From a bacterium (lineage in GTDB: Bacteria; Planctomycetota; Planctomycetia; Kolteriales; Kolteriaceae), in the NCBI GenBank assembly GCA_019748235.1, contig JAIEPU010000111.1:1565-65564 (forward strand): 64,000 nt of DNA, written 5' to 3'. Below are positions 19,486 to 29,298 of the stretch, in pieces. The stretch's first letter is position 1; each line of letters begins with the position of its first letter. The notes beneath the pieces are model-generated. The model ran no database searches and was not told where the DNA came from. It was given only the letters and a program-made list of their open reading frames with translations. A program made the translations under genes and the position numbers.

Positions 19486-20490
19486 ATGCGAAAAGTGCGC
19501 TGGCTGATTGAATGGATGTTTGCCTGGCCATTCCTGCGGCTCGTGCAGCTTCTTCCGCAGCCGATCGCACTCGGATTGGGGAGAAGCTTCGGATGGATCG
19601 CCTATTTCCTGCTTCGTAATGACCGAAAATGGTGTCTCAGAAATCTCGAACTCGTGTTCGGCGACCAATTGACGCCGCGTGAGCGAAAAAGACTCGCGCG
19701 GGGGGTGTTCGCGAACATCGGGCTCACGATCTGTGAGATCCTTCGAATGACTGAAGAGTGGGTTCGAGAGAACGTCGACTTTCGTGGCGCCGACCTCGTT
19801 CGAGAGATGATTGCACGTGGGGAACGAATCGTTGTGGTGGGCGGGCATCTCGGAAATTGGGAGATTTTCGGTGCCTGCTGGAAGTATCTTCAGCACCCGA
19901 GCGTGATGATCGCTCGACCCTTGGATAATCCATACCTGGAACGAGAACTCGAACGATGCCGAAACAATTACTGTCTTTCGACGGTAAAACGAAACAACGT
20001 ATCGATTCGGCAGGGCGTCCAAATGCTCCGTGAGGGGTATGCATTAGGAATCGCGATCGACCTCAACGTTTGCGCCAATCAATCGTTCATCAACTTTCTC
20101 GGCATTCCCGCATCAACAGCGACCGGAGCGGCAAAGATTGCCCTTCGAGAGAATGCGAGCGTCATCTCCATCGCCCCCGTGAGAGATCCGGATGGTAAGT
20201 TCAGGTTGATCATCGACCGAATCGAGATTACCCGCACAGGCGATTTCCAACATGACGTGCAAGAGAACATGCAGCGCATCACAAACGTCTGGAGCAAATG
20301 GGTAGCGAACTATCCCGAGCAATGGCATTGGCAGCATCCGCGATGGAGAACTCGACCAGACGGTAGCGACTGGACGCTCGAGCAAAATATTCAATCGATG
20401 ATTGCCGAGAGGAGCATTCCATTCCTGACGCCCCCTCGCCGTTGCAAGGAACAACCACAAGGAGTGCGGCAGCCGCAAACAAGCACATGA
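19486..20490 (+). CDS. Lipid A late acyltransferase, LpxL/HtrB family, copy 2
   Basis: HLGNWE (HX4E) and PEQWHWQHPRW motifs. It aligns by eye along its length with copy 1 (RKW.(Y/L)RNLELVFG...). Confidence 0.75.
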   Translation: MRKVRWLIEWMFAWPFLRLVQLLPQPIALGLGRSFGWIAYFLLRNDRKWCLRNLELVFGDQLTPRERKRLARGVFANIGLTICEILRMTEEWVRENVDFRGADLVREMIARGERIVVVGGHLGNWEIFGACWKYLQHPSVMIARPLDNPYLERELERCRNNYCLSTVKRNNVSIRQGVQMLREGYALGIAIDLNVCANQSFINFLGIPASTATGAAKIALRENASVISIAPVRDPDGKFRLIIDRIEITRTGDFQHDVQENMQRITNVWSKWVANYPEQWHWQHPRWRTRPDGSDWTLEQNIQSMIAERSIPFLTPPRRCKEQPQGVRQPQTST

Positions 20491-21515
20491 ACTTTCGGCT
20501 CCTCGCCATTACGCAAGAGGCCTATGACCCGGCGGTGCGATATCGCCTAGGTCATTTCGTTCCTCTGTTGAATGCGATGGGAATTGAAGTCGAGACAGCG
20601 GAATGGCCCAAGCAGTCGGCTCCTCGCTGGCCAATCATTGAACGAGCTCGCCAATTCGATGCGGTAGTCGTGTTTCGTCGATTGATGCCGCTCAAGCATT
20701 TGCGAGCGTTAAGAAAATCGGCTAAGTATCTCGCGTTTGATTTCGATGATTGCGTGACGCGGCGTGATTCCGCGCTCGGTTATCCTTGGCCGCTCCTGGA
20801 CAAAGTCATTCAGTTTCGCGCGATGATTCAGTGTGTGGATGCCGTCACCGCTGGCAATCGATACCTCGCGGAACTCGCCCGCTCCATCAACAGATCGATT
20901 CCAATCGACATCGTTCCGACGACGATTGAGCTCCGTAACTATCCGAAACGGGAAGTCGAACCGGCCAGTGATGTCGTCGGTTGGATTGGTCAAAAGGGAA
21001 CACTTACCTATCTCGCGAAGTTGAAGCCGGCGCTCGCAGATCTCTGCATGCTGCACCAACGACTTCGCATCCGAACGATCGGCGTCCCGCTTCCCTCGTT
21101 ATCGAATGTTCGATCGGAATTCGTTTCGTGGTCTGCCGCCGATGAAGTGAAGAATCTTCATCAGCTCTCCGTCGGATTGGCTCCTCTACCGGATGATCCC
21201 TGGACGCGGGGGAAGTGCGGCCTGCGGTTGCTACAGTACCTCGCCGCCGGCGTTCCCGCCGTCGCCGCGCCGGTAGGGGTGCAAAGAGAGATCATTGATC
21301 GAGGAGCAGCCTTACCGGCACAAACGATGGAAGAATGGGCAGGACAGGTAAACTGCCTTCTTTCTAATGCGGCACTTCGAGAACAAGTTTCAAGAACGGG
21401 AAGGGAACTCGTCGAACGAGAGTTTGTGCCCCTTCGTTGGATCGAAACGATCCTGCGTGATTGGTGCGCCCGATCCTACACGACTTTGCCCGACGCAGAG
21501 TCACCGGCTGCCTGA
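20487..21515 (+). CDS. GT-B fold glycosyltransferase (family 1/4-like)
   Basis: The start ATG overlaps the lpxL2 stop (ATGA at 20487-20490). The C-terminal half has a GT1-like nucleotide-sugar-binding region (GLAPLPDDPWTRGKCGLRLLQYLAAGVPAVAAPVG). The family call is by eye only. Confidence 0.55.
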   Translation: MNFRLLAITQEAYDPAVRYRLGHFVPLLNAMGIEVETAEWPKQSAPRWPIIERARQFDAVVVFRRLMPLKHLRALRKSAKYLAFDFDDCVTRRDSALGYPWPLLDKVIQFRAMIQCVDAVTAGNRYLAELARSINRSIPIDIVPTTIELRNYPKREVEPASDVVGWIGQKGTLTYLAKLKPALADLCMLHQRLRIRTIGVPLPSLSNVRSEFVSWSAADEVKNLHQLSVGLAPLPDDPWTRGKCGLRLLQYLAAGVPAVAAPVGVQREIIDRGAALPAQTMEEWAGQVNCLLSNAALREQVSRTGRELVEREFVPLRWIETILRDWCARSYTTLPDAESPAA

Positions 21516-21530
21516 GGCGGAACCAACATA

Positions 21531-23183
21531 ATGCTCCGACCCATCGGGAAACTCGAATCACGTGTCGCGACGGCCGAGAATCCGTCAACGCGATCAACCA
21601 CGATCATCGTCACACTTGCGATGGTTGTCATGGCCGCCTCATTCCTTGAGAAACTCGCCATCATCACACTCTCGGGATTTAACCTCAGTTTTGACGAGGC
21701 GTATTACTGGCATTGGTCCAAGCAGCTTGATTGGTGTTACTTCAGCAAGGGACCTGGCATCGCACTCCTGATTCGTGCGACGACGTCGCTGCTAGGAGAT
21801 ACGGAACTCGGCGTTCGGGCCGGCGCACTCTTTTGCTCCACGGTATTCGTCGCGCTCATGTATGTCTGGAGTCTGCAATTCTTTCGATGCGCGAGGACGG
21901 CATTTCTCACCGTCGTGCTTTTCGCAGCAGCACCCTTCATGATGGGTCTCGGCGTGCTCACAACGATTGATTCCCCGCTTGTGCTCTGTTGGGGTCTTGC
22001 CGCCGTCTGCTTTTGGAAAACAACCGAAACGCGCGGCAACTTCTGGTGGGTCGCGACAGGGCTTGCCGTTGCGGCGGGAACGCAGTTCAAGTTCACGATG
22101 TTGTTCTTTGTCGCTTCGATGCTGACCTATGCCGCTCTATCTAAGTGGGAGAGACCACGAGTTCTTAAGGGAACAGCACTCGTGTGCGGCATGGTGCTCG
22201 TCTCGCTAATTCCCATCTTGCTGTGGAATTCACAGCATGGCTGGATCACATTCGGTCATACCGCAACGAAAGCATCAACGATCGAGACCAAACATTGGGT
22301 CTCGTTAACTCACCTCCTTCCATCCTTCATGCAACAGATCGGCGTCGTTTCGCCGCTCATTGGGATCGCGACTCTTGCTGCTCTCGGCCTCTTGATGCGT
22401 GATACCTTTGGATTTATACCCGCACTCTCCACCGGGCGGCTCGACGCACCGCGCGCGCGGTTCCTATTCGCGATTGGTGCTCCGGTCTGCTTGTTCTATG
22501 CCCTCTTAGGCTTTCACCGCACGGTCGAGGCCAACTGGATGGCTGTCATTTACGTGACACTCATCCCTGCCGCGGCCTACTACTGGATTCATCCCTTTGG
22601 AAAGATTCAGCGATGGTCATTGGGGGCATCTCTCAGTCTCGCACTGATGATTCAATCGCTCATTCCGCTCGGAGGATTGCTCTACACCGCGGAAGTCCCT
22701 CAGCGAATCGTCGCGAGCGGCTATAAGTTCAAACCGTCGATCGACCCAACAAATCGACTTCAAGGATGGACACTACTGGGTGAAAAGTCGCGAGAGCACG
22801 CGTCCCGTTTGGAACGCGAAACCGGCAAGCCTGTCATCTTTTTGACCGATCACTACTCCATGGCAGCATGGGTCGGCTTTTACACTCAAATGCCTGACCG
22901 CGTCTTTGTGCTACCTCATGAAGAGCCGAATAATCAGTTCGATCTTTGGGGGACTAAAGGACGAATCCCGCCGAAGAGCGCGACGGGTGTATTTGTCTAT
23001 GAACTTTCAAAAGGGGGACGCCGAGCCCCTTACATGTTCGAAAAGGTCGTCGATAGGCCGGATGAATCTTCTTACTTCCGCGCGAAGACAGAAGTGAAGC
23101 ATTTCCTATTCTTCTTCGGATATGACTTCAAGGGAGAAAGTTGGTGGATTCCGCCGGAGATCTACGGCACCGTTAAATCATAG
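21531..23183 (+). CDS. GT-C membrane glycosyltransferase (family 39/83, ArnT/PMT-like)
   Basis: FDEAYYWHWSKQLDWCYFSKGPGIALLI matches the DEayYw.w...l..gYf..pP motif of ArnT/PMT_2-type enzymes. It has many TM segments followed by a soluble C-terminal domain. Confidence 0.7.
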   Translation: MLRPIGKLESRVATAENPSTRSTTIIVTLAMVVMAASFLEKLAIITLSGFNLSFDEAYYWHWSKQLDWCYFSKGPGIALLIRATTSLLGDTELGVRAGALFCSTVFVALMYVWSLQFFRCARTAFLTVVLFAAAPFMMGLGVLTTIDSPLVLCWGLAAVCFWKTTETRGNFWWVATGLAVAAGTQFKFTMLFFVASMLTYAALSKWERPRVLKGTALVCGMVLVSLIPILLWNSQHGWITFGHTATKASTIETKHWVSLTHLLPSFMQQIGVVSPLIGIATLAALGLLMRDTFGFIPALSTGRLDAPRARFLFAIGAPVCLFYALLGFHRTVEANWMAVIYVTLIPAAAYYWIHPFGKIQRWSLGASLSLALMIQSLIPLGGLLYTAEVPQRIVASGYKFKPSIDPTNRLQGWTLLGEKSREHASRLERETGKPVIFLTDHYSMAAWVGFYTQMPDRVFVLPHEEPNNQFDLWGTKGRIPPKSATGVFVYELSKGGRRAPYMFEKVVDRPDESSYFRAKTEVKHFLFFFGYDFKGESWWIPPEIYGTVKS

Positions 23184-24521
23184 CCGTTCCATTCTCTCGA
23201 TCATTCGATCGACAATCGCGTCCGCCTGTCTGGAATCATAGCCGGTCAATCGCTTAGTAGCGCTGAGGGACATTTTTCCCTCTACCGTCGTCACACCAAT
23301 CGCGAGCGGCGTCATCATTCCAGTTGGCACCGCGCGCTGATAATGCTCGACGATTGGCGAACCATCTTGGCTCCACCAGAGAAACGGATGACGAAGGTTT
23401 GATATCCCCCCCGCCACGGGATGGTTATTCATGAAGTGCCTGATTCGCTCGCTCGCGGGAAGTTTATTCCACATCCAGTTCGAGTAAGCGATTTCGGCGA
23501 GACTTTGACAATGAGCTCTCTTACTCTTGGCTCGTGCCGTTTGCCGTTGAATCAATTCAAGTTGATCGTTGAATGTGCGTCCCTTTTGCTCTTCGCAGGT
23601 CACTCGAAAGAAGCCGAGGTGTACACCGGGCAAATCGTTGACAAGCTCTGGATGCCGCTGACGGAGATCAACGGCGGAGGAGATTGCGATACGTCTTCGC
23701 CGCGATTGCTCACGTCGTTCCGGTGTTTCCGCGAGGATGGCTTCACCAAGGGCGGCCAAGAGGATGTCGTTCACCGTCAAATTATTCGAGCGGCTAAAAT
23801 GTCTTAGCCGATCCAGCAAGTCTCCGGAAAGAGACGGGAAGCTAACATCCACTCGAAGATCATTTCTGTCTCCTTTACAGGACGAATAGCAGGAGCGAAG
23901 TGCCACGGCCGACCGTATCGTCTCCATCGCGAGGAACGGCCAACGCCTGTAACACAATTCCTGCTTATGAAAGGAGACTTTTCCGTTCGTTGACATTTTC
24001 GCGGACGAACTGGAATCAATATCAGGCAAACCTAGATAACGGCGAATGATTCGTGCGAAGAATAGACCCGCGGCAAAACCGTCCCAAAGCCAATGCGGAA
24101 AAGTAAGTGCAATACGTTGTCCATAGCGAGTGGTCGTCCCTGCCAGACGAACCGGGGATCGATCGTTCATATCAAACGGGCGATTCATCTCCCGCGCTGC
24201 ATATCCCTCGATATCGAACCATGAAGTTTCTAAGGTCTCTACCGGAACTTGAAACGGTGTGGCGACCGAGTTGATCGACTTTAAATCGTCTGATACTTCT
24301 ACGCGACTAAGGTTCTCTCGTTCGAGGATCGCATTCGCCGCTTGCTGCAATCGCAGTCGATCGAAAGTACCCTGCAACTCGATCCAATCGACAACGTTGT
24401 ACGGATGAAGCGAACTCCATCGCATCATCAATCGCTGCAGTTGATTCGTGCGATGAAGTCGCACATCTCTTTCAATGGAGTGTGACTGCTCAACTTGTTG
24501 AAGGGCATGGGTGCTCATCAT
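23178..24521 (-). CDS. Stand-alone condensation-domain-like (CAT-superfamily) acyltransferase candidate
   Basis: The N-terminus resembles an NRPS C-domain start (NQLQRLMMRWSSLHPYNVVDWIELQGTFDRLRLQQAANAILERENL). PHWLWDG at aa 142-148 fits HHxxxDG with the second (catalytic) His kept. It is the last gene of the waaF-waaA operon. Confidence 0.5.
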   Translation of the reverse strand: MMSTHALQQVEQSHSIERDVRLHRTNQLQRLMMRWSSLHPYNVVDWIELQGTFDRLRLQQAANAILERENLSRVEVSDDLKSINSVATPFQVPVETLETSWFDIEGYAAREMNRPFDMNDRSPVRLAGTTTRYGQRIALTFPHWLWDGFAAGLFFARIIRRYLGLPDIDSSSSAKMSTNGKVSFHKQELCYRRWPFLAMETIRSAVALRSCYSSCKGDRNDLRVDVSFPSLSGDLLDRLRHFSRSNNLTVNDILLAALGEAILAETPERREQSRRRRIAISSAVDLRQRHPELVNDLPGVHLGFFRVTCEEQKGRTFNDQLELIQRQTARAKSKRAHCQSLAEIAYSNWMWNKLPASERIRHFMNNHPVAGGISNLRHPFLWWSQDGSPIVEHYQRAVPTGMMTPLAIGVTTVEGKMSLSATKRLTGYDSRQADAIVDRMIERMERL

Positions 24522-24545
24522 AGGGAAGACTCACTGCTAACGGAT

Positions 24546-25526
24546 TCAGTCCACTCTTTCGGCAAGAAGGAAAAGGCTATCGGAGCGATCGGCCAACCGT
24601 GCGAGCGAAACCATGCCGTTCGAGATTTGACGCGACGTAAACCATCGGCGGCTCCGCGGCAGCCCCACTTCATTTGCCTGCGAGGCTGAAGTCCGAATCC
24701 ATCCCCCCTGCCGAATCGAATGAACCCGCCTAACTCGAAAGCCGCATTCGCGGGCCATCTCACTTAATGAGTCGGGGGTGAAGTGAGTGAGATGTCGCGG
24801 AAGATCCCAACCGATCCATGCCGCTCCAAAGAATCGTGACGACCAACTCGCCGCATTAGGTACGGTCAGTAAGAGCCACCCTTTTGGGCGCAGTAGGTTC
24901 CTCATGTTTTCAATGGCGTCGAGCGGATTCTCTAAGTGCTCGAGCACTTGCTGTGCGGTCACCAGATCGAACGATCCGCTCGGCAACTTCTTTGATGGAA
25001 ACATATCTTCGACAACTTTGACGCCGTAGGTCGATCGCGCGCGCTCGGCGGCATGCGGACTTGGCTCGAGTCCCAGGACATCCCAACCCGCGTCACGAAG
25101 TCGAATCATGTAGTCGGCAGCGCCGCATCCAATGTCCACCATCTTTCGATTGCCGAAAGGGGGAACGATCGTTGGATCGAGAAGCATCGACGCCAAACGA
25201 TTCCATCCATTTCGCGTCCCAAGTTTCGCGATGCCGGCCTCGAAACTCCGCCCTAGACGCTTCCGCCAACCGAACGGTGCTTTCACTTGATAGGGATAAT
25301 AGTTGCTCGGGTAATATCGCTCCCAGTCATCGGCGGGGGGTTTCGGATCGGTGAACATTAATTGGCATCGTTGGCACTGAACCACATGCCACGGTTCTTT
25401 CAACCCTTCCGAGGCGTGAGGAACGATGCGAGTGACAGCCGTGCAGCCGCGCGGACAATAGCCGCGCGTGGTGCGTCGCGGCAATTCCCCATCACTCTCG
25501 CTCGATTTCGGAATGGCCCTCGCCAT
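24546..25526 (-). CDS. Class I SAM-dependent methyltransferase with an N-terminal Cys-rich (zinc-ribbon-like) region
   Basis: SAM motif I is VDIGCGAADYM...GWDVLGLEPS, followed by DLVTAQQVLEHLENP. The N-terminal region is CPRGC...CQRC. Confidence 0.8.
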   Translation of the reverse strand: MARAIPKSSESDGELPRRTTRGYCPRGCTAVTRIVPHASEGLKEPWHVVQCQRCQLMFTDPKPPADDWERYYPSNYYPYQVKAPFGWRKRLGRSFEAGIAKLGTRNGWNRLASMLLDPTIVPPFGNRKMVDIGCGAADYMIRLRDAGWDVLGLEPSPHAAERARSTYGVKVVEDMFPSKKLPSGSFDLVTAQQVLEHLENPLDAIENMRNLLRPKGWLLLTVPNAASWSSRFFGAAWIGWDLPRHLTHFTPDSLSEMARECGFRVRRVHSIRQGGWIRTSASQANEVGLPRSRRWFTSRQISNGMVSLARLADRSDSLFLLAERVD

Positions 25527-25567
25527 CGCTGGCTCCTCTGGAGACTGAATTCAACATCGACGCGACA

Positions 25568-26932
25568 TCACGCAGCGGCTCGATCTGTGGATTGTTGGAG
25601 CAATAGCTTGGCGTATCGCTCGGCCGTTCCTCGATTCCGCTCAACCACTTGGCGTGCTCGTGATCCCATCTCATTCGCGAGATATGAATCGGACAGTAAA
25701 CGACTGATTTCCATGCACAATGATTCAGCGGAGGGGAAAATACCAATGGCATTCTCTTCGCGAAATGCTTGCACGATATCCGTGAAGTTATCGAAGTGAG
25801 GCCCCATCAAAACAGGCTTACCCCAAGCGGCGGGTTCGATCGGGTTGTGGCCCCCCTTATCAACCAGCGAGCCACCAACAAATACGACATCTCCCCATCC
25901 GAGGACCTGAATCAACTCGCCGAGTGTGTCAAGAATAACGATGTCCGGACGATCGCCCCTTTTGTCAACATTGGAGCGTCGAAGGTATTTCAGATTTGTC
26001 TTCTCCACCAGCGAAGCGATTCGCTCTGCACGGAGAATATCGCGCGGGGCAATTAGTATCTGAAGTGTCGGACAAGTCGCGCGTAACGTCGAAACATGCT
26101 CGAGAAATTGCTGTTCCTCATTCTCATGCGTGCTCGCGAGGATCAAAAGGGGCGAATCGCCAAGCCGGAGAGATCGGCGAAGCGCGACACTTTCGCTGCT
26201 GGCTCGCATGGTAGGGATGGCATCGAATTTGGTATTGCCGCCTGACATGACTTTTTGGCTCTGCATTCCCATCGCTAAAAAGCGATCACGGTCAGCCGAC
26301 GACTGCGTGTAAACACCGGCGATCGATCGCAAGATAGGCGCGAATAACGATCGAGCCGCTAGGTAACGCGGGTAATCTCGTTCATAGATCCGAGCATTGA
26401 TCATTAGGACCGTGCGATCTTGCTCGGCGGTGAGACGAATCAGGTTTGGCCAGATTTCGCATTCCACGATCGCCAACGTCTTTGGTTGCGAACGAGCGAG
26501 AGCACGCCTGATGCAGCGAGCGGTATCCCATGGAGTCCGGCATAAGGCGTCAGCCCCAGGAGGCTTTCCGATCGCCATCTGGTAAGCGGCCTCATTCGAA
26601 GTCGTCACGAGGATCCAAGTCTCCGGACTTTGACGCTTGATCGCTTCGATCACGGGGCGAATCGACAGAAGCTCTCCGACGGAGACGGCATGAATCCAAA
26701 TGGACGAAGCTGCTTTCTCTGGCCGAAGTGGAACGTAGCCCATCCGCTGCGCAATTTCCTCGCGACCTTTCCTTCCTTTCCGCACGACGACATAAAGAAA
26801 CCAGCCGGCAATAAAAAGTGACCAACCAAGTTCATAGACGGTCAGTAATGTTCGATGAACAATACCCAATCGCACGAGCGAAGAGCGCTCGATGCTTTGG
26901 AAACTCATCGATGTCAGACTTTTCCGCATCAT
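25568..26932 (-). CDS. waaA: 3-deoxy-D-manno-octulosonic acid (Kdo) transferase
   Basis: IWIHAVSVGELLSIRPVIEAIK matches the WaaA/KdtA hallmark (W.HavSvGE). The C-terminal GT-B half contains GGSLVDKGGHNPIEPAAWGKPVLMGPH. The start overlaps the upstream stop (ATGA). Confidence 0.9.
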   Translation of the reverse strand: MMRKSLTSMSFQSIERSSLVRLGIVHRTLLTVYELGWSLFIAGWFLYVVVRKGRKGREEIAQRMGYVPLRPEKAASSIWIHAVSVGELLSIRPVIEAIKRQSPETWILVTTSNEAAYQMAIGKPPGADALCRTPWDTARCIRRALARSQPKTLAIVECEIWPNLIRLTAEQDRTVLMINARIYERDYPRYLAARSLFAPILRSIAGVYTQSSADRDRFLAMGMQSQKVMSGGNTKFDAIPTMRASSESVALRRSLRLGDSPLLILASTHENEEQQFLEHVSTLRATCPTLQILIAPRDILRAERIASLVEKTNLKYLRRSNVDKRGDRPDIVILDTLGELIQVLGWGDVVFVGGSLVDKGGHNPIEPAAWGKPVLMGPHFDNFTDIVQAFREENAIGIFPSAESLCMEISRLLSDSYLANEMGSRARQVVERNRGTAERYAKLLLQQSTDRAAA

Positions 26933-28026
26933 GCCACCTGAATCGGTCGACCACCCAAACGTGACGAATCATCTAAAAGTCTCGTCGCAGCATGAAAGAC
27001 GTCGTCAACGCCTAATTCCTTCATGCAGCGATGATGCCCCTGCGGACAAACACGGCGCTGGCATGGACCACATGGCACGGACTTCTGCAATTTGACTTCA
27101 CCGGGATAATAAGTTTCGGTCCACTCGATATGCGTCGGCCCAAAGAGGGCAACGATCGGTACGCCAAACGCTGGCGCGAAATGACGCGGGCCTGAGTCAG
27201 TCGAGACTAATAGCGACGACTTCGCAATCACCGCTTTGCTAAGGCCAATCGATATTTTCTCATCAGACATGGGAAACACCGATGATGATCGTTCGCTCCC
27301 CACTGCAATCTGCCGAGCAAGCTCCCGTTCCTGCGGACCACACATGACGATTAACTTCGCTCGCCGTTCGTCCACAAACCGGCGAGCGAGTTCGGCAAAG
27401 GATTCGACTGGCCAGCGTTTGGCGGGTCCAAAGGCTGCTCCAGGATTCAGCGCGATGACTGTTTGGTTGGGATGAAAGCCCAGACGCTGCCAAAGCTCTT
27501 GTGCGGCGATGCGATACTTCTCTTCGACGAAGAGTTCCATTTGCCGCGAATGTTGACGCGCGCCCACATGTTCCGCGATACGCAGGTAATAGTCGATGAG
27601 CGGATTGGGCTGATACCCTCGCCATGTCCAGCCGGCATCAAGTCGATCAGTCAACATGGCGCCACGACATTCACGATCGTATCCGACACGTCTCGCGGCG
27701 TTTCCAAGCCAACTTACCGCGCCAGAAAGAATGCTGTTCGTGAGCAAGATCGCGAGATCAAATCGTTCCAATCGGAGTCGTCTGACCACGCCGGCCCATC
27801 GTCGCCAGCCCGAAGGACCACAGTCTTCAAGCAGGATGTTCTGATCGAGCCAAGGGTTACCGGCCAATGTGTCAGCAATCGTCCGAAGCATGAGCCCACT
27901 GATGTGAGCATCCGAGAAATGATCGCGGAGGGCGCGTAAGAGGGGCGTTGCCATAACGGCATCCCCCACCCAATTCGGACAGAATACAACGATCTTCATG
28001 TGCTCGGCACTGCCGTCCCTGGCCAC
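26929..28026 (-). CDS. Glycosyltransferase family 9 (ADP-heptose:LPS heptosyltransferase, WaaF-like)
   Basis: MKIVVFCPNWVGDAVMATPLLRAL, NPGAAFGPAKRWP, STDSGPRHFAPAFGVPIVALFGPT. The GTG at 28026 is preceded by AGGAG with a 6-nt spacer. Confidence 0.85.
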   Translation of the reverse strand: MARDGSAEHMKIVVFCPNWVGDAVMATPLLRALRDHFSDAHISGLMLRTIADTLAGNPWLDQNILLEDCGPSGWRRWAGVVRRLRLERFDLAILLTNSILSGAVSWLGNAARRVGYDRECRGAMLTDRLDAGWTWRGYQPNPLIDYYLRIAEHVGARQHSRQMELFVEEKYRIAAQELWQRLGFHPNQTVIALNPGAAFGPAKRWPVESFAELARRFVDERRAKLIVMCGPQERELARQIAVGSERSSSVFPMSDEKISIGLSKAVIAKSSLLVSTDSGPRHFAPAFGVPIVALFGPTHIEWTETYYPGEVKLQKSVPCGPCQRRVCPQGHHRCMKELGVDDVFHAATRLLDDSSRLGGRPIQVA

Positions 28027-28210
28027 TGCTTGCTCCTGTACCTGGGCAATCTAACTCAATGGCGCAATTGGGCAAGCGATGTTTCTTAGGCGACGTTGAC
28101 ACGTTTTCACAAGTCGGAGAGCTTACCACAGAGGAACTCGGCTGAACGTCCGCCGGCAAGATGGCGTCGCGCTTGAATTCGCTCCGCCTTAACTGGGTAG
28201 TCTTTTGCGA

Positions 28211-29290
28211 ATGCCGCAGAATTTCGAAAATATTCTGCTGATCAAGATGAGCAGCATGGGGGATATTCTTCATGCATTGCCCGCCGCTTGTGCGCTTCGA
28301 GATCATTTCCCCAAGAGCAGAATTTCATGGCTGATCGATAAGCGATTCGTCCATTTGATCGAAGGACATCCAGCTCTCGACGAGATCATCTGTGCGGATG
28401 CTCCCGCCTGGGTCGACCGCATTCCCTACCGAAGTGACATTGCCAGGGGACTCAGCCATTTCAGAATCGCGAGAGAGCTGCGTCAACGAAACTTCGACTG
28501 CGTCTTCGACCTCCAGAGCCTTTTCCGTTCGGGGCTGATGGCCTGGAGCACGGGGTCCAAGACGCGTGTAGGCCTCAACGATTGGCGCGAGTTCGCGCCT
28601 CTCTTTTACACGCACCGAGCGCGATTGAGTCACCCTCACGTCGTCAGACATTATTTGTCCGTGGTGGAACGAATCATCGGTCCGGTCACCGATGTGCGAT
28701 TCGAATTGCCCGTACGTGACGGAGCGAAGAGAAGCGTCTCTGTTCTCCTTCGAGAGAGGGGGATCAGCGAAGGGAAACCATTCGTCGTCGTTGCTCCGAA
28801 GAGTTCACAAACATTCAAAGATTGGCCGGCGGATCGCTTTGCCGTCGTGGTGCGGCACCTGAAGGAGCGATGGTCTCTTCCCACGGTGCTCGTGGGCGCA
28901 CTCAAAGATAGAGAAACCTGTGAAGAGGTCGCGGATAAGGCGGGGACGTCTCCTCACTTAGTCCTTGGCCGTACGTTAGATGAGTTGATCGCTTTATTGG
29001 AACGTCCTCGGCTCGTGATCGGCCTCGATTCGGGCCCTACCCATGTCGCGTCAACGCTCGGACGACGGGTCCTGGGCATTTTTGGTCCGACGGATCCGAT
29101 TCGGAGCGCGCCTTGGGGCTCAGAGGATTTAGCGGTCCATTGCCGTCCGCAATGCAATGCGTGCCAGTTGCCCTTCAACGCTCCCTGGGGAATACCAGGT
29201 ATTCGTCATACCTGTCTGACACAACTCATGCCGGAGCAAGTCATCGCGACCATCGATCGCGAAATGCAGTCGAACCGAGCCGTCGCCTGA
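28211..29290 (+). CDS. Glycosyltransferase family 9 (heptosyltransferase, WaaC-like)
   Basis: ILLIKMSSMGDILHALPAACALRDHFP, APKSSQTFKDWP, GLDSGPTHVASTLGRRVLGIFGPT. It is divergent from the waaF-like gene. Confidence 0.85.
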   Translation: MPQNFENILLIKMSSMGDILHALPAACALRDHFPKSRISWLIDKRFVHLIEGHPALDEIICADAPAWVDRIPYRSDIARGLSHFRIARELRQRNFDCVFDLQSLFRSGLMAWSTGSKTRVGLNDWREFAPLFYTHRARLSHPHVVRHYLSVVERIIGPVTDVRFELPVRDGAKRSVSVLLRERGISEGKPFVVVAPKSSQTFKDWPADRFAVVVRHLKERWSLPTVLVGALKDRETCEEVADKAGTSPHLVLGRTLDELIALLERPRLVIGLDSGPTHVASTLGRRVLGIFGPTDPIRSAPWGSEDLAVHCRPQCNACQLPFNAPWGIPGIRHTCLTQLMPEQVIATIDREMQSNRAVA

Positions 29291-29298
29291 ATCTGCGG

